Below are positions 1 to 12,599 of a DNA stretch of 64,000 nt, piece after piece. This DNA is from Alphaproteobacteria bacterium. Its GTDB lineage: Bacteria; Pseudomonadota; Alphaproteobacteria; JAAXGF01. The notes beneath the pieces are model-generated. The model saw only the letters and a program-made list of their open reading frames with translations. It did no database searches and had not been told where the DNA came from. Numbering within the stretch: the stretch's first letter is position 1; each line of letters begins with the position of its first letter. The stretch spans positions 2,880,001-2,944,000 of the forward strand of contig CAUVXB020000002.1 of assembly GCA_963555825.3 (NCBI GenBank), in the 5' to 3' direction. The position numbers were made by a program, and so were the translations under genes.

Positions 1-1906
1 CGATTTCGAGCTCGAACCGCTGCCCGGCGTGTTCGACCCGGCCGACGCGCTGGCGCCGGGCGCGCCGATCGTGCAAGGCGTCGACAACCGGGTGGCCAGC
101 TACAAGATCCGCAAGGGCGACGTCGAAGCGGGCTTCGCGGCGGCCGATCTCGTCGTCGAGAACAGCTTCCGTACCCAGTTCATCGAGCACGCCTTCCTCG
201 AGCCTGAGGTCGGCCTCGCCTGGGTCGACGAGAACGAGGTCATCAACATCCGCATGTCGACCCAGGTGATCGAGCACTTCCGCTTCGTTGCCGACGCCAT
301 CGGCGTGCCGCACAACAAGGTGCGCATCCGCGGCGCGCTGATCGGCGGCGGCTTCGGCGGCAAGGAAGACGTCACCATCGAGGTCTACCTCGCGCTCTTG
401 GCCAAGGCGACGCGGCGCCCGGTCCGGCTCTGTTATACGCGCGAGGATTCGTTCTTCGGCCACGGCAAGCGCCATCCCTTCGTGCTGAATTACAAGACCG
501 GCGTGACCAAGGACGGCAAGATCACCGCGCTCGAGATCGACATGACGGCGGACGCCGGCGCCTATGTCTATCTCAGCCCCTACGTGCTGCTCTACGCCGC
601 GGTGGCCTGCCCGGGGCCCTACCGCGTCGACAACCTCAAGCTCGACGCCGTCGCGGTGGCAACCAACAACATGTACACCAGCGCCTTCCGGGGCTTCGGC
701 GCGGCGCAGGCCTGCATCGCCTACGAGCAGCAGATGGACGAGATCGCCGAGGCGCTCGGCATCGACCGCTTGGAACTGCGCCGGCGCAACTTCCTCGAGA
801 CCGGCGACAAGATCTCGACCGGCGTCGCGATCGAGAGCGCGGTCTGGACGGCGCGTTGCATGGACGCCGCCTGGGCCGCGCTCGGCGACAAGACGCCCGA
901 CGACGGCCCGCTCAAGACCGGCCGGGGCGTCGCCTGCTACCAGCAATCATACGGCCGCATCACCTGGCTGCACGACACCTCGGAAGCCTGGGTCGGCGTC
1001 GAGGTCGACGGCACCGTGGTGGTGCGTTCCGGCGTCACCGACATCGGCGCCGGCCAGACCTCGGCGCTGTGCCAGATCGCCGCCGAGGTGTTCGGCGTCG
1101 GCCTCGACGACGTGACCATCTACAACTCGGATTCGGCGGTCACCCCGCTGGCCGGCACGACGACGGCGACGCGCGCGCTTTATATGACCGGCAACGCCGT
1201 GCGCAACGCCGCCGAGACGGTGCGCGCGCGGCTGGTGGCACGCGCGGCCGAGGCGCTCGGCGTCACGCCCGAGGAGGTCGATCTGGCCGACAAGCGCGCC
1301 TTCGTGATCGACGATCCGGCGCGTGCGATGCCGTTCAACGAATTGATCGCGCTGTGCGCTTCCGAAGGCATCACGCGCTCGGAGCTCACCATGTTCCGCG
1401 CGCCGTTTACCGACAAGATCGACCCCGAGACCGGCCAGGGCCGCGTCCATCCCGACTACACCTTCGGCTGCCACGCCATCGAGGTGGCGGTCGACACCGA
1501 GACCGGCGAGATCACCGTGCTCAAGAGCGTCGGCGCGCACGACGTCGGCCAATGCATCAACCCGCAGGCCGTCGAGGGCCAGATCGAGGGCGGTGCCGCG
1601 CAGGGCCAGGGTTATGCGCTGAGCGAATCGCTGATCTACCGAGATGGCATGCTGGTCACGCCGTCGTTCAGCGAATACCTGATCCCGACCGCGATGGACG
1701 TGCCCGAGGTCACCTGCGTGATCTTCGAATCGCGCTCCGGCGTCGGTCCGTTCGGCGCCAAGGGTATCGGCGAGCCGGCGCTGACGCCGGTCGCGCCGGC
1801 CATCGCCAATGCGGTCGCCGACGCCATCGGGACGCGCATCCACGACCTGCCGATCACGCCCGAGAAGGTCGTCGATACGCTCCGCGCGGTCGAAGGGGAT
1901 ACGTAG
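1..1906 (+). CDS. Xanthine dehydrogenase/CoxL-family molybdopterin-binding large subunit (5' end probably upstream of window)
   Basis: ORF 29..1906 is open back to the window edge. Motifs QFIEHAFLEP, GGGFGGK, SAFRGFG, GQIEGG and KGIGEP (catalytic Glu). Confidence 0.9.
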   Translation, partial: DFELEPLPGVFDPADALAPGAPIVQGVDNRVASYKIRKGDVEAGFAAADLVVENSFRTQFIEHAFLEPEVGLAWVDENEVINIRMSTQVIEHFRFVADAIGVPHNKVRIRGALIGGGFGGKEDVTIEVYLALLAKATRRPVRLCYTREDSFFGHGKRHPFVLNYKTGVTKDGKITALEIDMTADAGAYVYLSPYVLLYAAVACPGPYRVDNLKLDAVAVATNNMYTSAFRGFGAAQACIAYEQQMDEIAEALGIDRLELRRRNFLETGDKISTGVAIESAVWTARCMDAAWAALGDKTPDDGPLKTGRGVACYQQSYGRITWLHDTSEAWVGVEVDGTVVVRSGVTDIGAGQTSALCQIAAEVFGVGLDDVTIYNSDSAVTPLAGTTTATRALYMTGNAVRNAAETVRARLVARAAEALGVTPEEVDLADKRAFVIDDPARAMPFNELIALCASEGITRSELTMFRAPFTDKIDPETGQGRVHPDYTFGCHAIEVAVDTETGEITVLKSVGAHDVGQCINPQAVEGQIEGGAAQGQGYALSESLIYRDGMLVTPSFSEYLIPTAMDVPEVTCVIFESRSGVGPFGAKGIGEPALTPVAPAIANAVADAIGTRIHDLPITPEKVVDTLRAVEGDT

Positions 1907-1987
1907 CGCGCCTTCGGAAACGTGCTTGTATTGTCGGGGCGGCATCGCCGATGATGAACCGAACAATGCTTTGGGGAGGAGGCAGCG

Positions 1988-2821
1988 ATGGCGGATGCGA
2001 CGGAAAAGGCGGAAAGCGCCACCGAAAAGGCCCGCAAGGGCAAGAAGATTTCCAATAAGGTCTATGACAAGGAGCTGGCCCGCCTGCAAATCGAGCTGGT
2101 CAAACTTCAGGAGTGGATCAAGCACGAAGGCCTCAAGGTCGTCGCCCTGTTCGAGGGCCGCGACGCCGCCGGCAAGGGCGGCACGATCAAGCGCATCACC
2201 GAGAGCCTGAACCCGCGCACCTGCCGCGTCGTCGCGCTCGGCACGCCGACCGAGCGCGAGAAGACGCAGTGGTACTTCCAGCGCTATGTGCCCAATCTGC
2301 CGGCCGCCGGCGAGATGGTGCTGTTCGACCGCAGTTGGTACAACCGCGCCGGCGTCGAGCGCGTCATGGGTTTTTGCACCGACGAGGAATACGCCGAGTT
2401 CATGCGCTCATGCCCCGAGTTCGAGCGCATGCTGGTGCGCTCGGGCATCCTGTTGATCAAGTACTGGTTCTCGGTCTCGGACGAGGAGCAGGAGCGGCGT
2501 TTCCAGGGCCGCATCACCGATCCGACCAAGCGCTGGAAGCTGAGCCCGATGGACCTCGAATCACGCCGCCTGTGGCTCGAATATTCGCGCGCCAAGGACG
2601 ACATGTTCCGCCACTGCGACATCAAGCAGGCGCCGTGGTACGTCGTCGAGGCCGACGTCAAGAAACGCGCTCGGCTCAACTGTATCCGCCACTTCTTGAG
2701 CCTGATCCCCTACGAAGACCTGACGCCGCCGCCGGTCGAGCTGCCGCCGCGCCAGGAGCAGACCGGCTACATTCGGCCACCGATGTCGGACCAGACCTTC
2801 GTGCCCGACCATTACGACTGA
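1988..2821 (+). CDS. ppk2: Polyphosphate kinase 2
   Basis: Walker A FEGRDAAGKGG, LFDRSWYNRAGVERVMGFC and KRWKLSPMD motifs; GGAGG RBS upstream. Confidence 0.95.
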   Translation: MADATEKAESATEKARKGKKISNKVYDKELARLQIELVKLQEWIKHEGLKVVALFEGRDAAGKGGTIKRITESLNPRTCRVVALGTPTEREKTQWYFQRYVPNLPAAGEMVLFDRSWYNRAGVERVMGFCTDEEYAEFMRSCPEFERMLVRSGILLIKYWFSVSDEEQERRFQGRITDPTKRWKLSPMDLESRRLWLEYSRAKDDMFRHCDIKQAPWYVVEADVKKRARLNCIRHFLSLIPYEDLTPPPVELPPRQEQTGYIRPPMSDQTFVPDHYD

Positions 2822-2840
2822 GGCGTAGGCTCCTTGAACA

Positions 2841-3007
2841 TTGTGCGGTCATCTTTGACTCGCGTAAAGCTGACCTGCGCTCAATCGCCGCGCATGCCAA
2901 TCTTTATCCCACAAGGACTGGCCGAACGGTCGGCGGCCCGCCTCTTGTCCCAATAAGACTGGCGCGGGCTGGCGTAATCCAACCGATTCTGATCAATCGG
3001 ATTACGC
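2841..3007. repeat. Dispersed structured intergenic repeat, copy A, with 3' hairpin
   Basis: Shares TGACCTGCGCTCAATCGCCGCG, GCCGAACGGTCGGCGG and CTCTTGTCCCRATARGAYTGGCGCGGGCTGG blocks with 5972-6187, 39696-39777 and 41883-41960. Confidence 0.85.
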
Positions 3008-3008
3008 T

Positions 3009-3527
3009 TTAGGCGAGATCCCTTGGTCGCACGAAGCGGATCAACCGGCCGCCGCCTTCCTCGACCGCGTCCCAGCGCTCGACGTTCAGCTCGATGACCG
3101 CGAGCGCGGCGGTCGGGAACTTGCCGCGCAACCGGTTGAGACCGGCGACGTCGGAGCCGGGGCCCGACAGCCGCGCCGCGAGGTTCTCGATCCCTGGGCT
3201 GTGACCGACGAGCGCGAGCGAAGCCGCGCTATCGGGCGCGCGCCGCAGCACCGTCAGCAGACGGAACGGCGAGCCGTGAAACAGCTCGTCGGTATGTGTC
3301 GTCTCGATCTCGGCGTCGAGTGCATCGGCGACCAGCGCCCAGGTCTCGCGCGCGCGGCGCGCCGACGAGCAAACGACGATCTCGGGAATAAGTCCGTGCG
3401 CGCGCATGAAGGCGCCGATGCGCGGCGCGGCGGCGCGTCCGCGCGCCGCGAGCGGCCGGTCGAAATCATCGAGCGTCGGGTCGTCCCAGCTCGACTTGGC
3501 GTGGCGCAGCAGATAGAGGGTCTTCAT
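3009..3527 (-). CDS. sixA: SixA-family phosphohistidine phosphatase
   Basis: N-terminal LLRHAKS, SSARRARET, LVGHSPG and FPTAA motifs. Confidence 0.85.
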   Translation of the reverse strand: MKTLYLLRHAKSSWDDPTLDDFDRPLAARGRAAAPRIGAFMRAHGLIPEIVVCSSARRARETWALVADALDAEIETTHTDELFHGSPFRLLTVLRRAPDSAASLALVGHSPGIENLAARLSGPGSDVAGLNRLRGKFPTAALAVIELNVERWDAVEEGGGRLIRFVRPRDLA

Positions 3528-3669
3528 CGCCGAGCGACGCGAAAGGCGCCTGGGCGTTGGTGCGGCGGGGTTATTCTGCTAGCATCGGACATTCCAATAA
3601 TAACTATAAGCCGATTTGGTCGGGGCAGAACCTAGTGGATAGGCGACCCGAACCGTGGGAGGCGACATC

Positions 3670-5967
<2,298 letters not shown>

Positions 5968-5971
5968 AATT

Positions 5972-6187
5972 TTGTACGGTCACCTTTGACTCGCTTGGAG
6001 ATGACCTGCGCTCAATCGCCGCGCATGCCAATCTTAATCCCACAAGGCCATTCTTAATCCCACAAGGCCATTCTTGATCCCACAAGGCCATTCTTGATCC
6101 CACAAGGCCATTCTTGATCCCACAAAGACTGGCCGAACGGTCGGCGGCCCGCCTCTCTCTTGTCCCAATAGGATTGGCGCGGGCTGG
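5972..6187. repeat. Dispersed structured intergenic repeat, copy B
   Basis: Colinear with copy A (2841-2972) except for the internal tandem expansion. Confidence 0.85.
6027..6126. repeat. 20-bp tandem repeat x5 (GCCAWTCTTRATCCCACAAG) inside copy B
   Basis: Five head-to-tail units with no spacers; copy A has a single unit at 2896-2915. Confidence 0.95.
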
Positions 6188-6227
6188 TAGATCGCGGCCA
6201 ACTCCAAACGATAATTTCACTTGGACC

Positions 6228-6291
6228 GGTGTCAGACACCATTTATCTGTTTGTTCTATAGAAATAATAATTGCGACACGGTGTCTGAACC
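6228..6291. repeat. Palindromic GGTGTCAGACACC / GGTGTCTGAACC doublet (REP-like)
   Basis: Palindrome at 6228-6240 and a degenerate inverted partner at 6280-6291, separated by an AT-rich spacer between convergent genes. Confidence 0.55.
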
Positions 6292-6317
6292 GATGTTTGA
6301 GTTAAGCGGCAATTGGG

Positions 6318-7304
6318 TCAGGCATCGAGGTAGTCGTCGATGTAGTACCGCACGATGTCGTCGAGGCTGTCTTCGCCGGGCAGGCCGAGCGCCTCGGCGC
6401 GCGCCGCGTCGCTCGCCGCCGGCCAGGTCTTGCAGATCTCGACGATGAACGGATCGGGTTCGACCGAAATCGCGCCGAGCGCGCGGTCGCCGGCGACGCG
6501 GTGCAGCGCATCGATCATCTCGGCGACCGTGACGTTGAGGCTCGGCAGGCCGACCGCGCGGTCGTCGCCGAGCGCGTCCCCGCCGATCTCGTGCAGCCGG
6601 AGGATGCCCTCGACGACGGCGCGGTAGCCGGTCAGCGGCATCGCCGTCGCGGTCGGCACCGGCAGGGTGAAGTCGACGCCCGCGAGCGGCTCGCGGAAGA
6701 CGCCCGAGACGAAACTCGACGCCGCCAGATTGGGCTTGCCCGGCCGGATGATCACGGTCGGCAGCCGCGCCGTGCGGCCGTCGAGGAAACCCTTGCGCGT
6801 GTAGTCGTTGATCAGCAGCTCGCCGATCGCCTTGGTGATGCCGTAGGTCGTCTGCGGCGTCTGCTTGGTCGTGTCGCCGACGCTGGCCGGCATGGCCGCG
6901 CCGCCGAATGCCGCGAACGATGAGGCGAAGACCAGGCGCGGCGTGCCACCGCGAGCCCGCAGCGCTTCCAGCACGTGACGCCCGCCGTCCAGGTTGACGC
7001 GCAAGGCGAGGTCGAAGTCGCGCTCGGCGCCGCCGCTGACCACCGACGCCAGATGAAACACCGCGATATCGTCGCGGTCGATCAGGCCGAAGACGGTGTC
7101 GCGCTCGGCGATGTCGCCGGTTACCACCCCGACCGCGACGCCAGCCGCGCTGGGTATCGCGGCCGGCGCGCCGACGTCGAACAGCGTCAGCGCGTCGATC
7201 GGCTCGGGCGCGCCCGACGGACCGGTCAGTTCGCCCAGCTCGAGCAGGCGGTTGGCGAGCCTGAGCCCGATGAAGCCGGCGCCGCCGGTGATGACGACTT
7301 TCAT
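6318..7304 (-). CDS. NAD-dependent epimerase/dehydratase, D-erythronate dehydrogenase (DenD)-like
   Basis: GGAGFIG Rossmann motif, HLASVVSG, YGITK (YxxxK) and RLPTVIIRPGKPNLAASSF. Confidence 0.8.
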   Translation of the reverse strand: MKVVITGGAGFIGLRLANRLLELGELTGPSGAPEPIDALTLFDVGAPAAIPSAAGVAVGVVTGDIAERDTVFGLIDRDDIAVFHLASVVSGGAERDFDLALRVNLDGGRHVLEALRARGGTPRLVFASSFAAFGGAAMPASVGDTTKQTPQTTYGITKAIGELLINDYTRKGFLDGRTARLPTVIIRPGKPNLAASSFVSGVFREPLAGVDFTLPVPTATAMPLTGYRAVVEGILRLHEIGGDALGDDRAVGLPSLNVTVAEMIDALHRVAGDRALGAISVEPDPFIVEICKTWPAASDAARAEALGLPGEDSLDDIVRYYIDDYLDA

Positions 7305-7352
7305 GGGTTTAAGCTTAACCCGGCTTGCTCACCGTGGACAGGCGTGGACAGG

Positions 7353-7393
<41 letters not shown>

Positions 7394-7449
7394 AGCGACC
7401 GACGGGCTAGGAAGAGCGCGGGCAATGAGGGGAGCGGCAATCAGGGCAA

Positions 7450-7524
7450 TTACGGGGACGTGATACTTAATTCAAGCCGATTGACGATGCTGTCCCCACA
7501 TAATTGAGTATCACGTCCCCATAA
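7450..7524. repeat. 75-bp REPIN/MITE-like inverted repeat, copy 1
   Basis: Arms TTACGGGGACGTGATACTTAATT (7450-7472) and AATTGAGTATCACGTCCCCATAA (7502-7524), 21/23 complementary, 29-nt spacer; second copy at 61333. Confidence 0.85.
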
Positions 7525-7598
7525 CTCCCGTGGGGCCAGACGGCCTAGAATGGCGCGTCAATAAATTTGCGCGGCACCGGCGTCTACACCGGCTGGGG

Positions 7599-7889
7599 CT
7601 AACGCGCCAGCAGCGCCTCGGCGATCGCGTCCCACTCGTCGGCCGGCGCGGTCTCGCAGTGCGGCTTGCCGGCGCGCCGGTACCAGCCGCCGGCGTTCGA
7701 CTGGTCGCCCTCGACGCGGTGCAGATAGGCGTGCACCCAGGCGCCGTCGGTGTCACCCTGGTGCTGCGCTTGGCGGTGCGCCTCGTGCCAGTCGCCCTTG
7801 GCCTCGTGCCACAGCGCGCGGAGCGCGCCGTCGACGCCCTCGGGCGGCGCCTCGTCCTGCAACGATGTCTTGAACGTTTCGATATCCAT
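7599..7889 (-). CDS. Conserved hypothetical small protein
   Basis: 96 aa with WVHAYLHRVEGD..NA..WYRRAG; follows the enoyl-CoA hydratase co-directionally. Confidence 0.75.
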   Translation of the reverse strand: MDIETFKTSLQDEAPPEGVDGALRALWHEAKGDWHEAHRQAQHQGDTDGAWVHAYLHRVEGDQSNAGGWYRRAGKPHCETAPADEWDAIAEALLAR

Positions 7890-7896
7890 CGGGTCC

Positions 7897-8667
7897 TCAA
7901 TCAGTCGCCGAAAAATCGGGTTCGCGTTTTTCCAGGAAGGCGGCCACCGCCTCCTTCAGCTCGGCCGAGGCGAGACGCTCGGCGTATTCGGCCACCTCGG
8001 CATCGATGCGCGTCTCGACGGCGGCCTGGTCTGACTTCAACAGCGCCTTGGTGCGGCGCATCGCGGCCGGCGGCTTGGCGGCGATGTCGCGGGCGATGGC
8101 GTGCGCCGTCGCCTCGATCTCGGCGGCCGGGCATATCTCCGTCACGAAGCCGAGCGCCGCCGCCGTCGCCGCGTCGAACGGCTTGGCGCGCAGCACCAGA
8201 TCGGCGGCGCGCGCGTGGCCGAGCATCTTCGGCAGCAGATACGTCGAGCCCGCCTCGGGCACCAGCCCGAGATTGACGAAGGGCATCTGGAAGCGCGCCG
8301 CCTCACTCGCCAGCACGACGTCGCAATGCAGCAGCATGGTCGTGCCGATGCCGATCGCGACGCCGTCGACGGCGGCGATCAGCGGCACGGTCGACTGCGC
8401 CAGCGCCTTGATGAAGCGGAAGGCCGGCGACGCCGCGTCGCTGGGCGGCCGTTCGCGGAAGTCGTTGAGGTCGTTGCCGGCGGTGAAGCAGCCCGCGCCG
8501 CCGAGAAATAGGACGACCCGGACCGACCGGTCGCGCTCGGCCGCCTCGAGCGCCCCTGCCATGGCGTCATACATCGCGGTGGTGATGGCGTTTTTCTTAT
8601 CCGGGCGGTTGAAGCGAACCTGCACGATATGGTCGCCGTCACCGCCGATGATCACGTCGTCGGCCAT
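7897..8667 (-). CDS. Enoyl-CoA hydratase/isomerase family protein
   Basis: NRPDKKNAIT, FTAGNDL, AVDGVAIGIG, PFVNLGLVPEAG and AFLEKREP. Start at ATG 8667. Confidence 0.9.
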   Translation of the reverse strand: MADDVIIGGDGDHIVQVRFNRPDKKNAITTAMYDAMAGALEAAERDRSVRVVLFLGGAGCFTAGNDLNDFRERPPSDAASPAFRFIKALAQSTVPLIAAVDGVAIGIGTTMLLHCDVVLASEAARFQMPFVNLGLVPEAGSTYLLPKMLGHARAADLVLRAKPFDAATAAALGFVTEICPAAEIEATAHAIARDIAAKPPAAMRRTKALLKSDQAAVETRIDAEVAEYAERLASAELKEAVAAFLEKREPDFSATD

Positions 8668-8849
8668 GCTGTCCTGCCTTCTCGACAAATCACAGCGAAT
8701 CTCCACCCTACCTAGCACGTTATGCCGCCGGCGGGCGCCCCGTGCGGCGTCAAATTATGCCAACCGATCGGTGATAAATCTGCTAGATTCCGGCGTTTTT
8801 CCGGTTTCGGTGGCCCGCGCCGAAACGTAAAGGGGGGTTGTGTCGAGGG

Positions 8850-11035
8850 ATGAAGCGGCTAACCGTTCACCTGTATCTCGCCGTGCTGATCGGCGTCGGG
8901 CTCGCCGCCTGCGCCGATCTCGAGCGCGCGCTGATGGCCGAGGTCGCGGCGCCCGCGCCGGCCGGCGCCGCCGCGACGCTGCCGCTGCCCGAGCTGGCGA
9001 AGGCGCCGGGCTCGGGTGCGACCGTCGCGACCACGGCCGTCGAAACGTCGGCGCCGAGCGTCTATCCGGGCACCGGCGTGTTCATCGATGCCGGCGCTCT
9101 CACGGCGGGCGACACCGCCCGGCCGGCGACGTGACGCTCAACTTCGCCGACACCGACGTCCGCGAGGTGGTGCGCGCGATCCTCGGCGGCATCCTCGAGG
9201 TCAATTACATCATCGACCCCCAGGTGAGCGGCACGATCACCGTGCAGACCAGCCGGCCGCTCGCTCGCTCGGCCCTGCTGACGACGCTCGAAAGCATCCT
9301 GCGCGCCAACGGCGCGGCGATGGTGCCCGAGAGCGGCGGCTACCGCATCGTACCGATCGAGAGCGCGCTGAGCGGTCTCGCGCCGCTCGGGCTCGATGCG
9401 CGCCAGCCCGGCTTCGGCGTTCACGTCGTGCCGTTGCGTTTCATCGCGGCGAGTGAAATGGCCAAGATCATCGGCACGCTGGCGAGCGAGCGAAACGTCG
9501 TCAGTGCCGACGCGGCGCGCAATCTGATCATCCTCGCGGGCAGCCAGGCCGAGCGCGCGACGATGCTCGGGACGGTCGAGCTGTTCGACGTCGACTGGTT
9601 GGCCGGCATGTCGTTCGGCCTCTTCCCGCTGCAAAACACCGACGCCGAGACGCTGGCCCAGGAACTCGACGTCGTCTTCGGCGTCGAGGGCGAGGTGCCG
9701 TTGGGTGGACTGCTGCGCTTCGTGCCGATCGAACGCCTCAACGCGATCATGGTGATCTCGCCGCGCGCCGAATATCTCGAACGCGCGCAGACCTGGATCA
9801 CGCGGCTCGATCAGGGCATCGACGCGGCCGGCCAGCGCATCTACGTCTACTATGTCGAGAACGGCCGCGCGGCCGACCTCGCCGACGTGCTCAACGAGGT
9901 CTTCGACCAGCGCCGGCCGGCGGTCGAGGGCGTGCGCCTCGCGCCAGGGCTCGACCAGGCGACGCTCTATGCCGAGGGCACGGCGCGCGTGGCGCGCGAG
10001 CTGCAAGCGCGAGACGCCGGCCTGAGCGGCGCGACGCTCTCGGGCGGCGCGGCGGAAGTCGCGGCCGCCGCCCCGGCGCCAGCGCCCGGGCCGGCCGGTG
10101 GGGCGCCGGCGCGCGAGACCGGCGCGGGCATCGCGCTCGCCGCCAGCAGCGACATCAGGATCATCGCCGACGAGGCCACCAACGCGCTGGTCATCCTCGC
10201 CACGCCCGATGAGTACCGCATGATCGAGGCGGCGCTGAGCAAGCTCGACGTGGTGCCGCTGCAGGTGCTGATCGAGGCGACCATCGCCGAGGTCACACTG
10301 ACCGACGACCTCGAATACGGCGTGCAATGGTTCTTCCAATCGGGCAACAGCAAATTCAATCTCAACGAGACCTTGCCGGTGCGGGCGTTCCCCGACTTCG
10401 CCGGGTTCTCGTACCTATTCTCGACCGCCGACGCCCGCGTCACGCTCAACGCGATCGCCAGCGTCACCGACCTCAACATCATCTCGTCGCCGTCGCTGAT
10501 GGTGCTCGACAACCAGACCGCCGAGATCCAGGTCGGCGACCAGGTGCCGGTCGCGACCCGGTCGGCGGTCGGCGTCACCGCCGCCGACGCGCCCGTGGTC
10601 AACGAGATCGAATACTTAGACACCGGCGTGATCCTGCGCGTCACGCCCCGGGTCAACACCGGCGGCTTGGTCACCATGGAGATCGAGCAGGAGGTCAGTT
10701 TCGTCGCCGACGAGATCACCTCGGGCATCGATTCGCCGACCATCGACCAGCGCCGCATTCAGACCACGGTGGCGGTCCAAAGCGGCGAGACGGTGGCGCT
10801 GGGCGGGCTGATCCGCGACGACAGGTCGAGCTCGAACAGCGGCGTTCCGCTGCTGCGCGAGATACCCGTGCTCGGCAAGCTGTTCAGCACGACGACCGAT
10901 TTCGCCGCGCGCACCGAGCTCATCGTGCTGATCACGCCACGCGTCGTGCGCAGCCAGCTCGACGCGCGCCAGGTGACCGAGGAGCTGCGCCGCCGCATGC
11001 GCGCCGTCGCGCCGCTCGACGACAGGCTCTACTAG
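8850..11035 (+). pseudogene. gspD: Type II secretion secretin GspD, with a one-base frameshift near 9110-9125
   Basis: Lipoprotein signal (MKRL...GLAAC) in frame 8850-9134. VTLNFADTDVREVV N0 domain, QVLIEATIAEV and VPLLREIPVLGKLF secretin domain lie in the 8840-11035 frame. Could be a sequencing error. Confidence 0.8.
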
Positions 11036-11096
11036 GCACCCGACCACGCCACGCCGGCGGCCATACGAACATCCATCTCAAGACAAGGGGAGAGGC

Positions 11097-11474
11097 ATGG
11101 ACACCGAACGCTTCGAGAGCGGTCTCGCCGCGCGCAAGTCGGTACTCGGCGAAGACTACGTCAACAAGGCGCTCGAAGGCGCCGACGACTTCAACCGCGA
11201 TTTCCAGGAGATGGTCACCGAATACTGCTGGGGCACCTGCTGGGGCGATGACACGCTGGACAAGCGCCAGCGCAGTCTCTTGAACCTCGGCATGATCGCC
11301 GCGCTCAACCGCATGCACGAGTGGGAGCTGCACTTCCGCGGCGCCATCGCCAACGGGCTGACGCGCGACGAGCTCAAGGCGATCCTGACCCAGATCGCGG
11401 TCTATTGCGGCATACCGACGGGCGTCGAATGCTTCCGCATCGCCCGCAGGGTGCTCGCCGAGATCGACGGCTGA
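11097..11474 (+). CDS. Carboxymuconolactone decarboxylase family protein (PcaC-like)
   Basis: GLAARKSVLGEDYV, EYCWG, RSLLNLGMIAALNR and QIAVYCGIP. Confidence 0.85.
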   Translation: MDTERFESGLAARKSVLGEDYVNKALEGADDFNRDFQEMVTEYCWGTCWGDDTLDKRQRSLLNLGMIAALNRMHEWELHFRGAIANGLTRDELKAILTQIAVYCGIPTGVECFRIARRVLAEIDG

Positions 11475-11488
11475 CGGTTGTGACCGCG

Positions 11489-12592
11489 ATGCCCGAGCGC
11501 ATGCGCGCCGTGGTGCTGACCGGCTATGGCGGGTTCGACAAGCTCGAGTACCGCGACGACGTGCCGGTGCCGCGGCCGGGCCCCGCCGAGGTGCTGATCG
11601 CTGTCGCCGCCTGCGGCATGAACAACACCGACGTCAACACGCGCATCGGTTGGTACTCGAAGGCGGTGACCCAGGGCACGACGACCGAGGGCGGCGCCGG
11701 CGGCTTCGAGACGATTACCGAGGACGCCGCCACCTGGGGCGCCTCGTCGCTGGCCTTTCCGCATGTCCAGGGCGCCGACGTCTGCGGGCGCATCGTCGTG
11801 GTCGGCGACGGCGTCGATCCAGCGCGTATCGGCGAGCGCATCATCGTCGACGGCTGGTTGCGCGATCCGGACGAGCCCGACAACCGCGACAAGTCCGGCT
11901 ACTTCGGCAGCGAGCGCTGGGGCGGCTTCGCCGAGTACACGACCGCGCCCGCGGTCAACGCCTTCAAGGTCGAGACGGACCTCGGCGACGCCGAGCTCGC
12001 GACTTTCCCCTGCTCGTACTCGACCGCCGAGCACATGCTCGAGCGCAGCGGCCTCGCGGCCGGCCAGACGGTGCTGATCACCGGCGCCTCGGGCGGCGTC
12101 GGCTCGGCGCTGGTGCAGCTCGCCAAGCGGCGCGGTGCCGCGGTCGTGGCGCTCGCCGGCGCATCGAAGATGGCGGCGGTCCGTGAGCTCGGCGCCGATC
12201 ACGTGCTGCCGCGCGACATCGAAGGGCTGTCCGGCGCGCTGGCCGAGGCGACCGGCCGTGACACGGTCGACGTGGTCGCCGATATCGTCGGCGGCGACAG
12301 GTTTCCCGAGCTGATCGAGCGGCTCGCCCGGGGCGGCCGCTACGTCACCTCGGGCGCCATCGCCGGGCCGATCGTCGCCTTGGACCTGCGCACGCTGTAT
12401 CTGAACGACCTGACGCTGCACGGCGCCACCGTCATGCCGCGCTATGTCTTCGAAAACCTGGTCGGCTACATCGAGCGCGGCGAGATCCGCCCGCTCCTGG
12501 CCAAGACCTTCCCGCTCGCCGATCTGGCCGAGGCGCAGGCCGAGTTCCTCGAGAAGAAGCACATTGGCAACTTCGTCGTCATCCCCGGCTAG
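11489..12592 (+). CDS. MDR-family (alcohol dehydrogenase/quinone reductase-like) oxidoreductase
   Basis: MRAVVLTGYGG, ACGMNNTD, QGADVCG and ITGASGGVG nucleotide-binding motif. Confidence 0.85.
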   Translation: MPERMRAVVLTGYGGFDKLEYRDDVPVPRPGPAEVLIAVAACGMNNTDVNTRIGWYSKAVTQGTTTEGGAGGFETITEDAATWGASSLAFPHVQGADVCGRIVVVGDGVDPARIGERIIVDGWLRDPDEPDNRDKSGYFGSERWGGFAEYTTAPAVNAFKVETDLGDAELATFPCSYSTAEHMLERSGLAAGQTVLITGASGGVGSALVQLAKRRGAAVVALAGASKMAAVRELGADHVLPRDIEGLSGALAEATGRDTVDVVADIVGGDRFPELIERLARGGRYVTSGAIAGPIVALDLRTLYLNDLTLHGATVMPRYVFENLVGYIERGEIRPLLAKTFPLADLAEAQAEFLEKKHIGNFVVIPG

Positions 12593-12599
12593 CCAGGCC

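Noticed and set aside
6027-6126. CRISPR array
   Set aside because: Units are contiguous 20-mers with no unique spacers, and no cas genes are in the window.
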